Source: an uncultured Nitrososphaerota archaeon (GTDB taxonomy: Archaea; Korarchaeota; Korarchaeia; Korarchaeales; Korarchaeaceae). From it: a stretch of 32,000 nucleotides of DNA. The stretch is from assembly GCA_964480775.1 (NCBI GenBank), contig CAYZRF010000016.1:1-32000 (forward strand). The letters run 5' to 3'. The notes beneath the pieces were generated by a model. It was not told the origin of the DNA. It saw only the letters and a list, made by a program, of their open reading frames with translations, and searched no databases. Both the position numbers and the translations under genes were made by a program. Each line of letters begins with the position of its first letter. Positions within the stretch are counted from its first letter, which is position 1. Below are positions 8,670 through 16,423 of this stretch, in pieces.

Positions 8670-10211
8670 TTGATCGTTGTGGACGACTCGAAGATAGTTA
8701 GCGTGTCTCTTTACAGGAATGCAGCACTTCTAAGAAGAAAGTTTGAAATAAAACTACCAGAAGGAGAGGTAGAGGTAGAAGTAGATAATCTAGAACCCTC
8801 GCTCCATCCAGATTCTATCAGAATTTACTCAGAACCAAGGGTTTCAGTCAGAAGCTATGATTTCTATACATATAAGAAGCTTTTGAAAGAAATTCTTGTC
8901 GAAGAGGAAGAAGAGCTTAGAAATAGAATAGAAGAGCTAGAAGACATGAAATTTAGGTTAGAAGATGAGATAAGGAGCGCAAGAGCCCTTTCTTCATCTT
9001 TAGACCTGAGCTTCTTTCCCTTAATGGTTGGCTATGCCCTTGGCTCCACGCTAGGAGGAAATGACGAAGCAAAGTTCAAGGAACCCCTCTCAACACTTCT
9101 AGAAGAGAGGAAGAAGAACATTTCTATTCTCTCAGAAAAGAAACGCAAGTTAGAAGACGTTGAAGCTGAACTAGAAAGTCTTAAGAGCAGATTGGAAAAG
9201 ATCTCTGGAGAAACTGTCGAGGTTGGAGCCCTGAGGATGGAAGTTTCATCTTCTGGAGGAACTGTGTCTTTCGAAATTACTTACAACCTTGGTGGCGCCT
9301 TTTGGAGCCCAACGTACGATATTTTAGTCGAAGATAAAAAGGCAAAAATCATCATGTTTGCAAATATCGTACAAAATACTTCTTTTAAATGGGAGAATGT
9401 CTCTCTAATAATCTCATCTAAACCTGTTGCGAGAGCAGTCAAGCCTTCCCCTAAGCCTTGGTACATACAACCCTACCCGCCCAGAAAGTTTCGAATGGCA
9501 AAAGAAGGTATGCCCTCAATGGAGCGAGAAAAAAGAGGAGCTGAGCTATTGGAAGGGACCTTCGAAGAAGCTGAGTTAGCCATGGAAATGGCCGATGTCT
9601 GGAGTGGTGAATACGTTACCTACACTCCTAAGGCTTTGGTTACAATTGAACCAAACAAGCCCAAACAAATAGCTTTAGAAGAACTTGAATTTGAATCAAA
9701 GATAAGGTACATTTGGGATGCTTATACTCAGCCTGGGTTTGTTTCGATAGTGGAATTCAAAAATGGAGAAAGATCTCTCCTTCCAGGAAAGTATAGAGTT
9801 TACAGAGACGATTTATTTATTGGAACAGGGGAACTACCCCTTATATCTCCTAAGCAAACGGTAGAACTTGCTTTAACTGCTGAAGAGAGATTCGAAACAA
9901 AGAGAGAGTTAATTATAAGAGAAGAAGAAAAGAAAGGGGTTCTAAAGGATAAAGCATACGTGAAGATGGGCTATAGGCTTACCATCAAGAACCATAAAAA
10001 CGAAGAGGCAGACATAAGGATCTACGATAGGATACCTGTCTCAAAACATCCTGAAATAAGTGTTGAGTTGGACAAATCCGAACCTAAACCAGATAAAGTC
10101 GAGATGGGGATCTTAGAGTGGAATTTTAAGATAAGACCTGACGAAACGATGAAGATAGAATACTCTTTTACAATAAAGTATCCTCCAGAACTTCCTTTGT
10201 ACATTCCGTAG
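8670..10211 (+). CDS. DUF4139/DUF4140 (MuiA-like) family protein with central coiled coil
   Basis: The N-terminus is VSLYRNAALLRRKFEIKLPEGEVEVEVDNL..SIRI (DUF4140-like). An EEEEELRNRIEELED coiled coil follows, then FEITYNLGGAFWSPTYDI and a C-terminal beta-rich region. There is no signal peptide. The TTG start is preceded by GGTGGTG at 8661-8667. Confidence 0.75.
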   Translation: MIVVDDSKIVSVSLYRNAALLRRKFEIKLPEGEVEVEVDNLEPSLHPDSIRIYSEPRVSVRSYDFYTYKKLLKEILVEEEEELRNRIEELEDMKFRLEDEIRSARALSSSLDLSFFPLMVGYALGSTLGGNDEAKFKEPLSTLLEERKKNISILSEKKRKLEDVEAELESLKSRLEKISGETVEVGALRMEVSSSGGTVSFEITYNLGGAFWSPTYDILVEDKKAKIIMFANIVQNTSFKWENVSLIISSKPVARAVKPSPKPWYIQPYPPRKFRMAKEGMPSMEREKRGAELLEGTFEEAELAMEMADVWSGEYVTYTPKALVTIEPNKPKQIALEELEFESKIRYIWDAYTQPGFVSIVEFKNGERSLLPGKYRVYRDDLFIGTGELPLISPKQTVELALTAEERFETKRELIIREEEKKGVLKDKAYVKMGYRLTIKNHKNEEADIRIYDRIPVSKHPEISVELDKSEPKPDKVEMGILEWNFKIRPDETMKIEYSFTIKYPPELPLYIP

Positions 10212-10222
10212 GAGGCCGAGGG

Positions 10223-11188
10223 TTGAGCCTCAGGTTCGGTGTTCGAATTCCAAATGTTGTGCTCCCCAGATATTTTCCAATGTATAAGAAACTGGATTAC
10301 AAAGTGTTGGTCAATTACACTGTAGAGGCGGAATCGCTTGGCTATAATTCTGTCTGGGTAAATGATCACTTGATATTTGGATCAGGCATCTTAGAGTGCT
10401 GGACAACCCTCTCTTCTTTAGCTCCTATCACCGAAAAAGAGAGATTAGGAACTCTTGTTCTTTGTAATAACTTCAGATTTCCGTCCGTACTTGCTAAGAT
10501 GGCTGCTACCTTGGACTACATCTCAGAAGGGAGGCTTGAATTCGGGATAGGGGCAGGTTGGAACGAAGAAGAGCATAGAGCATATGGCATTCCCTTTCCT
10601 AAACCTGCGGAGAGAGTAGAACGGCTAAAGGAAGCGGTTGAAATAATAAAGAAGATGTGGACGGAAGAAGCTCCTTACTACAATGGAAAGTACTACAAAA
10701 TTGAAGGAGCAACCTGTGAGCCAAAGCCAATGCAGAAACCACATCCTCCCATCATGATCGGAGGAGCAGGGGAAAAACTAATGATGAAGGTAATAGCCCA
10801 ACTTGCTGACAAGTGTAACTTTGCTCATCGTTCTCCTGCTGAATATGCTCATAAGTTGAAGGTTTTGAAAGAAGCATGTCGACAGATTGGCCGCAACTTT
10901 GATGAGATAGAGAAATCTTGGTGGGGAAGGGTGATGATTTCAAGGAATAAGGATGAGGTTATTGCACAGCTAAAGGCTCTTTATTTGTCTCAAAGAAGAG
11001 AATCTCCTTTTAAGAGGTGGATTGAAGGGATAAAGGCCAATAGCATAATTGGAACTCCCGAAGAATGCGTTGAGAAGCTTAGGGAGTACATGAAGCTAGG
11101 AGTAACCTACTTCATTTTCAGGTTTGGAGATGCACCTTCAAAGAAAGGACTGAGGCTATTCGCCGAAGAAGTTATCCCAATGTTATGA
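10223..11188 (+). CDS. Luciferase-like monooxygenase (LLM) family flavin/F420-dependent oxidoreductase
   Basis: FGVRIP.., ESLGYNSVWVNDHL, LEFGIGAGWNEEEH, KPHPPIMIGGAGEK and GVTYFIFRF are typical LLM TIM-barrel blocks. The TTG start has GGAGG at 10211-10215 (7-nt spacer), overlapping the upstream stop. Confidence 0.88.
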   Translation: MSLRFGVRIPNVVLPRYFPMYKKLDYKVLVNYTVEAESLGYNSVWVNDHLIFGSGILECWTTLSSLAPITEKERLGTLVLCNNFRFPSVLAKMAATLDYISEGRLEFGIGAGWNEEEHRAYGIPFPKPAERVERLKEAVEIIKKMWTEEAPYYNGKYYKIEGATCEPKPMQKPHPPIMIGGAGEKLMMKVIAQLADKCNFAHRSPAEYAHKLKVLKEACRQIGRNFDEIEKSWWGRVMISRNKDEVIAQLKALYLSQRRESPFKRWIEGIKANSIIGTPEECVEKLREYMKLGVTYFIFRFGDAPSKKGLRLFAEEVIPML

Positions 11189-11214
11189 AAGGAGAGATCA
11201 CATCTATTCAGGGA

Positions 11215-11220
11215 TTTTTT
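11215..11220 (+). terminator. Oligo-T (T6) tract after the LLM gene, likely end of the 7772-11188 operon
   Basis: GGGATTTTTTCC lies 27 nt after the stop. Confidence 0.35.
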
Positions 11221-11250
11221 CCACATCGTTAAATTGATAAGGCTGTAATT

Positions 11251-11967
11251 TTATGAGCTTTCCTCATACATCTTCAGAACTCTCTCTATGTATCTTGTAT
11301 GCAGTCTTTCGTGGTCTACTAACCTCCTTAATACTTTTCTTGCGGTCCACAGATTGCATACTGGGCTTAGGTCCTTCTTAGGTTGAAAGACTCCTCTCAT
11401 TCTATCACGTGGAAAATTTTCTAAGAAATTCATCACAACCTTTCGCGTGTAATCGAGTAGTTTAAACACATCTTTTGGGTATTTGCACGGCAAATCAACG
11501 TTAAGTCGGGTAATGTACCATGGTTCAACATAAGCTATGTGTCTCAAACAGTTTCTTATAGTACGCGGCTTTCCTGGAGGTAACCAATCGAGACATTCAT
11601 CACTCAAGTCAGAAACAAGCTTAAGCAAATCTTTACGGGAATACCCCATTAGACGAAGGGTTCTCGTAACATCTTCCTTAGTTATTGGAAGTACTTCAGA
11701 CCAGAACAAGGGTTCTGGCTTGCCAGCTTCAACCGGATTATAATTAACTCTCAGCATTTCAGCAACTTCTACTTCAAAGTCTCTAACTTCTGCTGGAATT
11801 TGTTCTCCGTGTTTTTCCACCCAATCAAACCACTCAGCAATCGTAATCCTCACTTTCTTTAGAGCACTTTCTGGCGTTCTCCCAAAAACCCAACAACCAG
11901 GATAATCAGGAACAAAAGCCCCCGTTCCTCCTTGACCAACCTCCAGACAGACCGATATTCTCTTCAA
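11251..11967 (-). CDS. Fusion protein: N-terminal HicB-like (UPF0150) domain + C-terminal DinB-family four-helix-bundle domain
   Basis: The N-terminus ISVCLEVGQGGTGAFVPDYPGCWVFGRTPESALKKVRITIAEW resembles the HicB fold signature (..G.Y.A.VPELPGC...G.T.EEA...). The C-terminus has RHIAYVE...WTARKVLRRLVDHERLH (DinB_2-like His triad). TTG start. Confidence 0.65.
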   Translation of the reverse strand: MKRISVCLEVGQGGTGAFVPDYPGCWVFGRTPESALKKVRITIAEWFDWVEKHGEQIPAEVRDFEVEVAEMLRVNYNPVEAGKPEPLFWSEVLPITKEDVTRTLRLMGYSRKDLLKLVSDLSDECLDWLPPGKPRTIRNCLRHIAYVEPWYITRLNVDLPCKYPKDVFKLLDYTRKVVMNFLENFPRDRMRGVFQPKKDLSPVCNLWTARKVLRRLVDHERLHTRYIERVLKMYEESS

Positions 11968-12134
11968 TTATACCCAGACTTCCTAAATGGCGGAAAAAGA
12001 AAAAAGCTTCTACATTGGGTCTGTGAATTCGCTAAGCGACGTTTCATGTTAACAAACCGTTTATTATCAGAATCTATTCTATCGGCAAGAGTATTTTACG
12101 ACTTTTTATCTTTCAAGCAACAACAAATATAACG

Positions 12135-12566
12135 ATGTCTCGAGATCCCAAAAGATATGTTGGCTATTGTGGGCTCTTCTGCCCTTCTTGCGATTGGAGA
12201 AATGGAGTTATAAGATCTACTGCAAAGGAATTGACATCCATCTTGGAGAGAAACGATGAGTTGAAGTATATTGCAGAAACCACCGGAGCCTTCAACTATG
12301 AAGAACTTATGAAAGCTCTTGACTGGCTAGCAACAAACCCAAGATGTAATGGAGGAAGCTGTAGGGCTGGAGACGGTTGGACTGATTGCCCGATAAGAAA
12401 ATGCTGCAAAGAGGTTGGGGTTGATTTCTGTTACGAGTGTCCAAAATTCCCTTGTGAGACGTTTGCAAAGCATCCACTATTCGGGGAGCGTTTCATTTCA
12501 ATTCAAAAAGAGATAAAGGAGTTGGGTCTTGAGGAATGGATAAAGAAGCAAGAGGAGCTTTTTTGA
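12135..12566 (+). CDS. DUF3795-like cysteine-rich protein
   Basis: YCGLFCPSCDW near the N-terminus plus CNGGSC, CPIRKCC and FCYECPKFPC clusters. A TTTTTATC box about 30 nt upstream suggests a leaderless transcript. Confidence 0.75.
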   Translation: MSRDPKRYVGYCGLFCPSCDWRNGVIRSTAKELTSILERNDELKYIAETTGAFNYEELMKALDWLATNPRCNGGSCRAGDGWTDCPIRKCCKEVGVDFCYECPKFPCETFAKHPLFGERFISIQKEIKELGLEEWIKKQEELF

Positions 12567-14162
12567 CTAAGTCCTCCTGAGAACCTTTCCAGGCTTTGCC
12601 TTTGTATGCTTTTCCCCCTCTACCACAATCTCTCCATTGACTAAAACGTACTTAATTCCTTCAGCATACTGGTGAGGATCCAAAAATGTAGCCTTGTCGA
12701 TAATTCTCTTGGGATCGAAGATAACTATGTCCGCAGCAAAGCCCTTCCTTATCATTCCCCTATTCAACAGCCGTAATCTAGTAGCTGGGGCGTTAGTCAT
12801 CTTTTTTACAGCTTCTTCTAGTGTCAAAACATTTCTATCCCTTGAATAGTGTCCTAAGACTCTAGCAAAAGTTCCGTAAGCTCTAGGATGAGGTCTTGTC
12901 TGAGATAGGGGACCATATGGTGCAGAGCAGGAGCTGTCGCTCCCAACACAGGAAAGAGGATGTCTCATCACTCTAAGCAGATCGTCCTCATGCATCCCGT
13001 GAATGATGATCCCAACTTTTCCCTCGGATCTCAGTAAAAGTTCGAACACGGTTTCGTAAGGATCCAGTTTCCATTCCTTAGACACTTCCGCAACGGTTTT
13101 CCCTTGAACTGTCCTATCTGGAGAAAAGTCTGTTATTCTAATGATGTCATATACTTCCTTATCCATGTAATGCCCTTTCTTTACACTCTCTTCCATGTAT
13201 TTCCTAATTCTTTCTCTAGTCTCGGGGTCTGCGAGCCTTCTCAGCATGGCATCAACTCCCCCTTCTTGTGCCCACTCTGGAATAAGGACATCAAGACCTG
13301 TGGAGCTTGCAGTGTAGGGATAGAAGTCAAATGTCACCTCAATCCCTTTTTCCCTAGCTTCCTCAACAATCCTGCACGATATCTTCGTTTTCCCCCAGTT
13401 CTTCTTGCCAGAAGCTTTGAAGTGAGATATCTCTACCCTGCATCCTGACTTCTCTCCTATTTCTATGGCTTCTTTTACGGCATCTATAAGCATATCTGAC
13501 TCTCCTCTTATGTGAGATGCGTACATCCCTCCATATTGGGAAACGACCTTGCAGAGTTCAATTATCTCATCGGTCTTAGCATAGGAGCTTGGGGGATAGA
13601 TAAGCCCCGTCGAAAGACCAAAGGCCCCTGCTTCCATACCTTCTCTTACATACTCTTTCATCTCTTCAAGCTCCTTCTCGTTAGGAGGTCTACGTTCGAA
13701 CTGGAGAACATTCATTCTTATTGTGCCGTGGCCAATAAATGGAACGACGTTTATGCTTATGCCATTTTTCTGTAGCCTTTCTATATATTCGGCCATTGTC
13801 CTCCAATCAATGGTAACGAGCCCTTTTATGTGATCAGCCATGGTTTTTTCAAGATATCTTGCACTCCAATCATTTATAGGAGCAAGAGAATAACCACATT
13901 GCCCTATGACCTCTGTAGTAACTCCTTGTCTAATTTTGCTTTCAGCATATGGGTTGACGAGCAAGCTTATGTCACTGTGTCCGTGCATGTCAATGAATCC
14001 AGGAGAAACTACAAGACCTGATGCATCTATCTCTATTTCGGGTTTCTCATCCCATTTCATGCCTACTTCAGAAATTATTCCATCAGAAACGTATACATTT
14101 GAGTAGAACCAAGGACTTCCGGTTCCATCTATAACCTTTCCGCCAACAATCGCTATTTTCAT
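12567..14162 (-). CDS. D-aminoacylase (N-acyl-D-amino-acid deacylase) family amidohydrolase
   Basis: KIAIVGGKVIDGTG, SPGFIDMHGHSD, GVTTEVIGQCGYS and the length (531 aa) match the N-acyl-D-amino-acid deacylase architecture. Confidence 0.85.
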   Translation of the reverse strand: MKIAIVGGKVIDGTGSPWFYSNVYVSDGIISEVGMKWDEKPEIEIDASGLVVSPGFIDMHGHSDISLLVNPYAESKIRQGVTTEVIGQCGYSLAPINDWSARYLEKTMADHIKGLVTIDWRTMAEYIERLQKNGISINVVPFIGHGTIRMNVLQFERRPPNEKELEEMKEYVREGMEAGAFGLSTGLIYPPSSYAKTDEIIELCKVVSQYGGMYASHIRGESDMLIDAVKEAIEIGEKSGCRVEISHFKASGKKNWGKTKISCRIVEEAREKGIEVTFDFYPYTASSTGLDVLIPEWAQEGGVDAMLRRLADPETRERIRKYMEESVKKGHYMDKEVYDIIRITDFSPDRTVQGKTVAEVSKEWKLDPYETVFELLLRSEGKVGIIIHGMHEDDLLRVMRHPLSCVGSDSSCSAPYGPLSQTRPHPRAYGTFARVLGHYSRDRNVLTLEEAVKKMTNAPATRLRLLNRGMIRKGFAADIVIFDPKRIIDKATFLDPHQYAEGIKYVLVNGEIVVEGEKHTKAKPGKVLRRT

Positions 14163-14255
14163 CTCACTGAGGGCTAAAGGATATTGCTTTAATTCCTTTC
14201 TGCTATATTATAGGTCAATCTTTTATGATGTGCCTTCAAATAAGGGTAGAGACTC

Positions 14256-15368
14256 ATGGACATTAGCGTCTTAGATTTGGCATCATCTTTAATCTCCATA
14301 AATTCTACGAACCCCCGAGCTCTAGAATTAGAGATAGCGGATTGGCTTGGGGATGTACTGGAAGAAATGGGATTTACTGTGATGAGGCAGAAGTATAACG
14401 ACTCAAGAATGAATCTCTTTGCATTTAAACGCCCTGAATTAGTCAAACTACTGCTTTGTGGCCACCTTGACACCGTACCTCCAACAGAAGGATGGAGGGG
14501 AGATCCCTTTTCCCCTAAAGTCAGAGGAGGAAAGCTCGTTGGTCTTGGTGCATGCGACATGAAGGGCGCCATTGCCACAATGATTGTTGCGGGCATTGAA
14601 GCAATTTCCGAGAACGACGAGGTAGGAGTTGGCTTTCTTTTCACATCAGATGAAGAAGTAGGAATGTCAGGGGCTAAGATGGCTGCTCCAAGGGTAAAAG
14701 ACGTGTTCAGGAATTTGAGACTCTGCGTGATAGGTGAACCAACAGATCTGAGGCTAGTTACTTGCCACAAAGGGTCATTTAAAGCAAGTTTAAAGGTAAG
14801 AGGAATTGCAGCTCATAGCAGTATTCCAGAGACTGGATCTAATGCCATACACCATGGCATAAGGATTCTAAACGAAATAATTGAGCAGGGAATACCTCCT
14901 TTAGAACATCCTCTTTTGGGGAAACCAACCCTCCAAGTTACAATTGTTAAGGGTGGAATAGCAGAAAACATAATACCAGATAGCTTTGAAGCTAGGATGG
15001 ACATGAGGCTAATCCCCTCAGAGACGGAGGAAAGCAGAAAGAGTCTTTTAATGAAAATAGTAAAGGAAGACGCCAATGTCACAATGGAATTTGGTCCTTA
15101 TTTTCCTCCGTATGAGGCACCGCAACTCCCTGAAATTGATTTAATAGCAAGAGTAATGGAAAGCATTGGGCTTAATTCAAGGGCTTGTGGAGTTCCTTAT
15201 ATGACAGAGGCCTCAGTTTACTGGATGGCGGGAATACCTTCTGTGATAATAGGACCTGGTGACATAAAACAGGCTCACAGGCCCAACGAGAGCATTTATG
15301 TGAGCAAACTCGCGCAAGCAAAAAAGCTATACAAGAACCTTATATCGACCCTTAATGTCCCCCAATAA
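14256..15368 (+). CDS. M20-family metallo-deacylase (ArgE/DapE/LysK type)
   Basis: CGHLDTVPP, GACDMKGAIA, FTSDEEVGMSG and a HxxxE-type dimerisation/lid region. 370 aa. Confidence 0.85.
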   Translation: MDISVLDLASSLISINSTNPRALELEIADWLGDVLEEMGFTVMRQKYNDSRMNLFAFKRPELVKLLLCGHLDTVPPTEGWRGDPFSPKVRGGKLVGLGACDMKGAIATMIVAGIEAISENDEVGVGFLFTSDEEVGMSGAKMAAPRVKDVFRNLRLCVIGEPTDLRLVTCHKGSFKASLKVRGIAAHSSIPETGSNAIHHGIRILNEIIEQGIPPLEHPLLGKPTLQVTIVKGGIAENIIPDSFEARMDMRLIPSETEESRKSLLMKIVKEDANVTMEFGPYFPPYEAPQLPEIDLIARVMESIGLNSRACGVPYMTEASVYWMAGIPSVIIGPGDIKQAHRPNESIYVSKLAQAKKLYKNLISTLNVPQ

Positions 15369-15383
15369 CCCTGTTTTTAGGTA

Positions 15384-16241
15384 TTAATCTCCATTAAGGC
15401 CAAACATCTCCTTACAAAGGATTCCATCAAAGACCTTAACCACTCCGCCTTTCAAGTAAAGCTCATCAGTATCCTCAAAAGATACTTCTAAAACTTCTCC
15501 TAATTTAGTTATGACTTTAACTTTCCTTTCTTTGATCTTTCCCTTCAAAAAGCAGGTCAAAGCGCTTGCTGCGACTCCAGTTCCACAACTAAGCGTCTCG
15601 TTTTCTACACCCCTCTCATAGGTTCGAACTGCTATGGTATCTCTCCCTAGAAGTTTTACAAAGTTAACATTTGTACCTCTTGGTTCGAACGCTTTGTTCC
15701 TTCTTATTTCTCTTCCAAGCTTGATGATATCAAGTTTTTCTAGATCCTTAACCTCTACCACAAAATGAGGTACTCCTACCTCTAAATACGTTCCTTCAAG
15801 TGTTATTTCTCCCAAATTTATAGTTAAAGCTTCTTCTATAATTAAGGGCTTCGTGAGTCGAACTTTAACGCTCCTTCCTCCCTCTAGGATTTGTCCCTCA
15901 ATTACTCCTACGAGAGTCTCAAATCTCACGATTTTGCAATCCTTTCTCACAACTTCGCTGTCATATGCAAATCTTATAGCACATCTTGCCCCATTTCCAC
16001 ACATTTCCCCAACAGAACCATTAGAATTGAAGAACTTCCACTTGAAATGATTGTCTGGGTTATTTGGATCCTCTATCAAGATTAAACCATCAGCGCCGAT
16101 GCCCGTATGAGGAGCACAGATTTTTCTTACAAAGTCGCCTATATCCGTTCTGACTTCTATTAAAAACTCCTGAACTTCCTTTCGCCTGTTATCTATGAGG
16201 ATGAAGTCGTTTCCTGATCCATGATACTTGCTGAATTTCAT
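15384..16241 (-). CDS. dapF: Diaminopimelate epimerase
   Basis: KYHGSGNDFILID is present, with the catalytic Cys pair in MCGNGARC and SCGTGVAASAL. 285 aa. Confidence 0.9.
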   Translation of the reverse strand: MKFSKYHGSGNDFILIDNRRKEVQEFLIEVRTDIGDFVRKICAPHTGIGADGLILIEDPNNPDNHFKWKFFNSNGSVGEMCGNGARCAIRFAYDSEVVRKDCKIVRFETLVGVIEGQILEGGRSVKVRLTKPLIIEEALTINLGEITLEGTYLEVGVPHFVVEVKDLEKLDIIKLGREIRRNKAFEPRGTNVNFVKLLGRDTIAVRTYERGVENETLSCGTGVAASALTCFLKGKIKERKVKVITKLGEVLEVSFEDTDELYLKGGVVKVFDGILCKEMFGLNGD

Positions 16242-16313
16242 GTTGCTAGTTATGCTTGGCTTTAGTTATATTTTCAACGATTGTATCTGAATTACTGACT
16301 TATTGTATGTGGT

Positions 16314-16339
16314 ATAAAGGAACGGCACTACTCCTTTAT
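16314..16339. repeat. Inverted repeat ATAAAGGA-N10-TCCTTTAT in the dapF/amidohydrolase divergent intergenic region
   Basis: Perfect 8-bp arms read directly from the sequence. Confidence 0.6.
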
Positions 16340-16413
16340 CCACTTTTCTTAAAAGGTAAAACTGTGGTCTTTGAAATAAACCGGGATAGCGTTTCTGCAC
16401 AACAGCTAAAAGG

Positions 16414-16422
16414 TATTTAAAA
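16414..16422 (+). promoter_or_regulatory. TATA-like box TATTTAAAA upstream of the YtcJ-like amidohydrolase
   Basis: It is centred about 26-27 nt before the ATG at 16445 and is too close to serve the ATG at 16424. Confidence 0.45.
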
Positions 16423-16423
16423 T

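Noticed and set aside
10022-10369. 115-aa minus-strand ORF bridging the DUF4139-like / LLM junction
   Set aside because: It is antisense to two well-supported genes and their SD, so it is a shadow ORF.
11932-12132. 66-aa plus-strand ORF filling the intergenic region upstream of the DUF3795-like gene and ending 2 nt before its ATG (possible uORF)
   Set aside because: It starts at a TTG inside the opposite-strand gene. The predicted TATA box for the downstream gene (about 12098-12110) lies within it, so it is probably not on the same transcript. No family resemblance, including to HicA.
14189-14770. 193-aa ORF antisense to the M20 deacylase gene
   Set aside because: It lies almost entirely inside a gene with clear M20 motifs on the other strand. 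The product is Ser/Pro/Thr-rich and low-complexity with no recognisable motif, which is typical of a shadow ORF.
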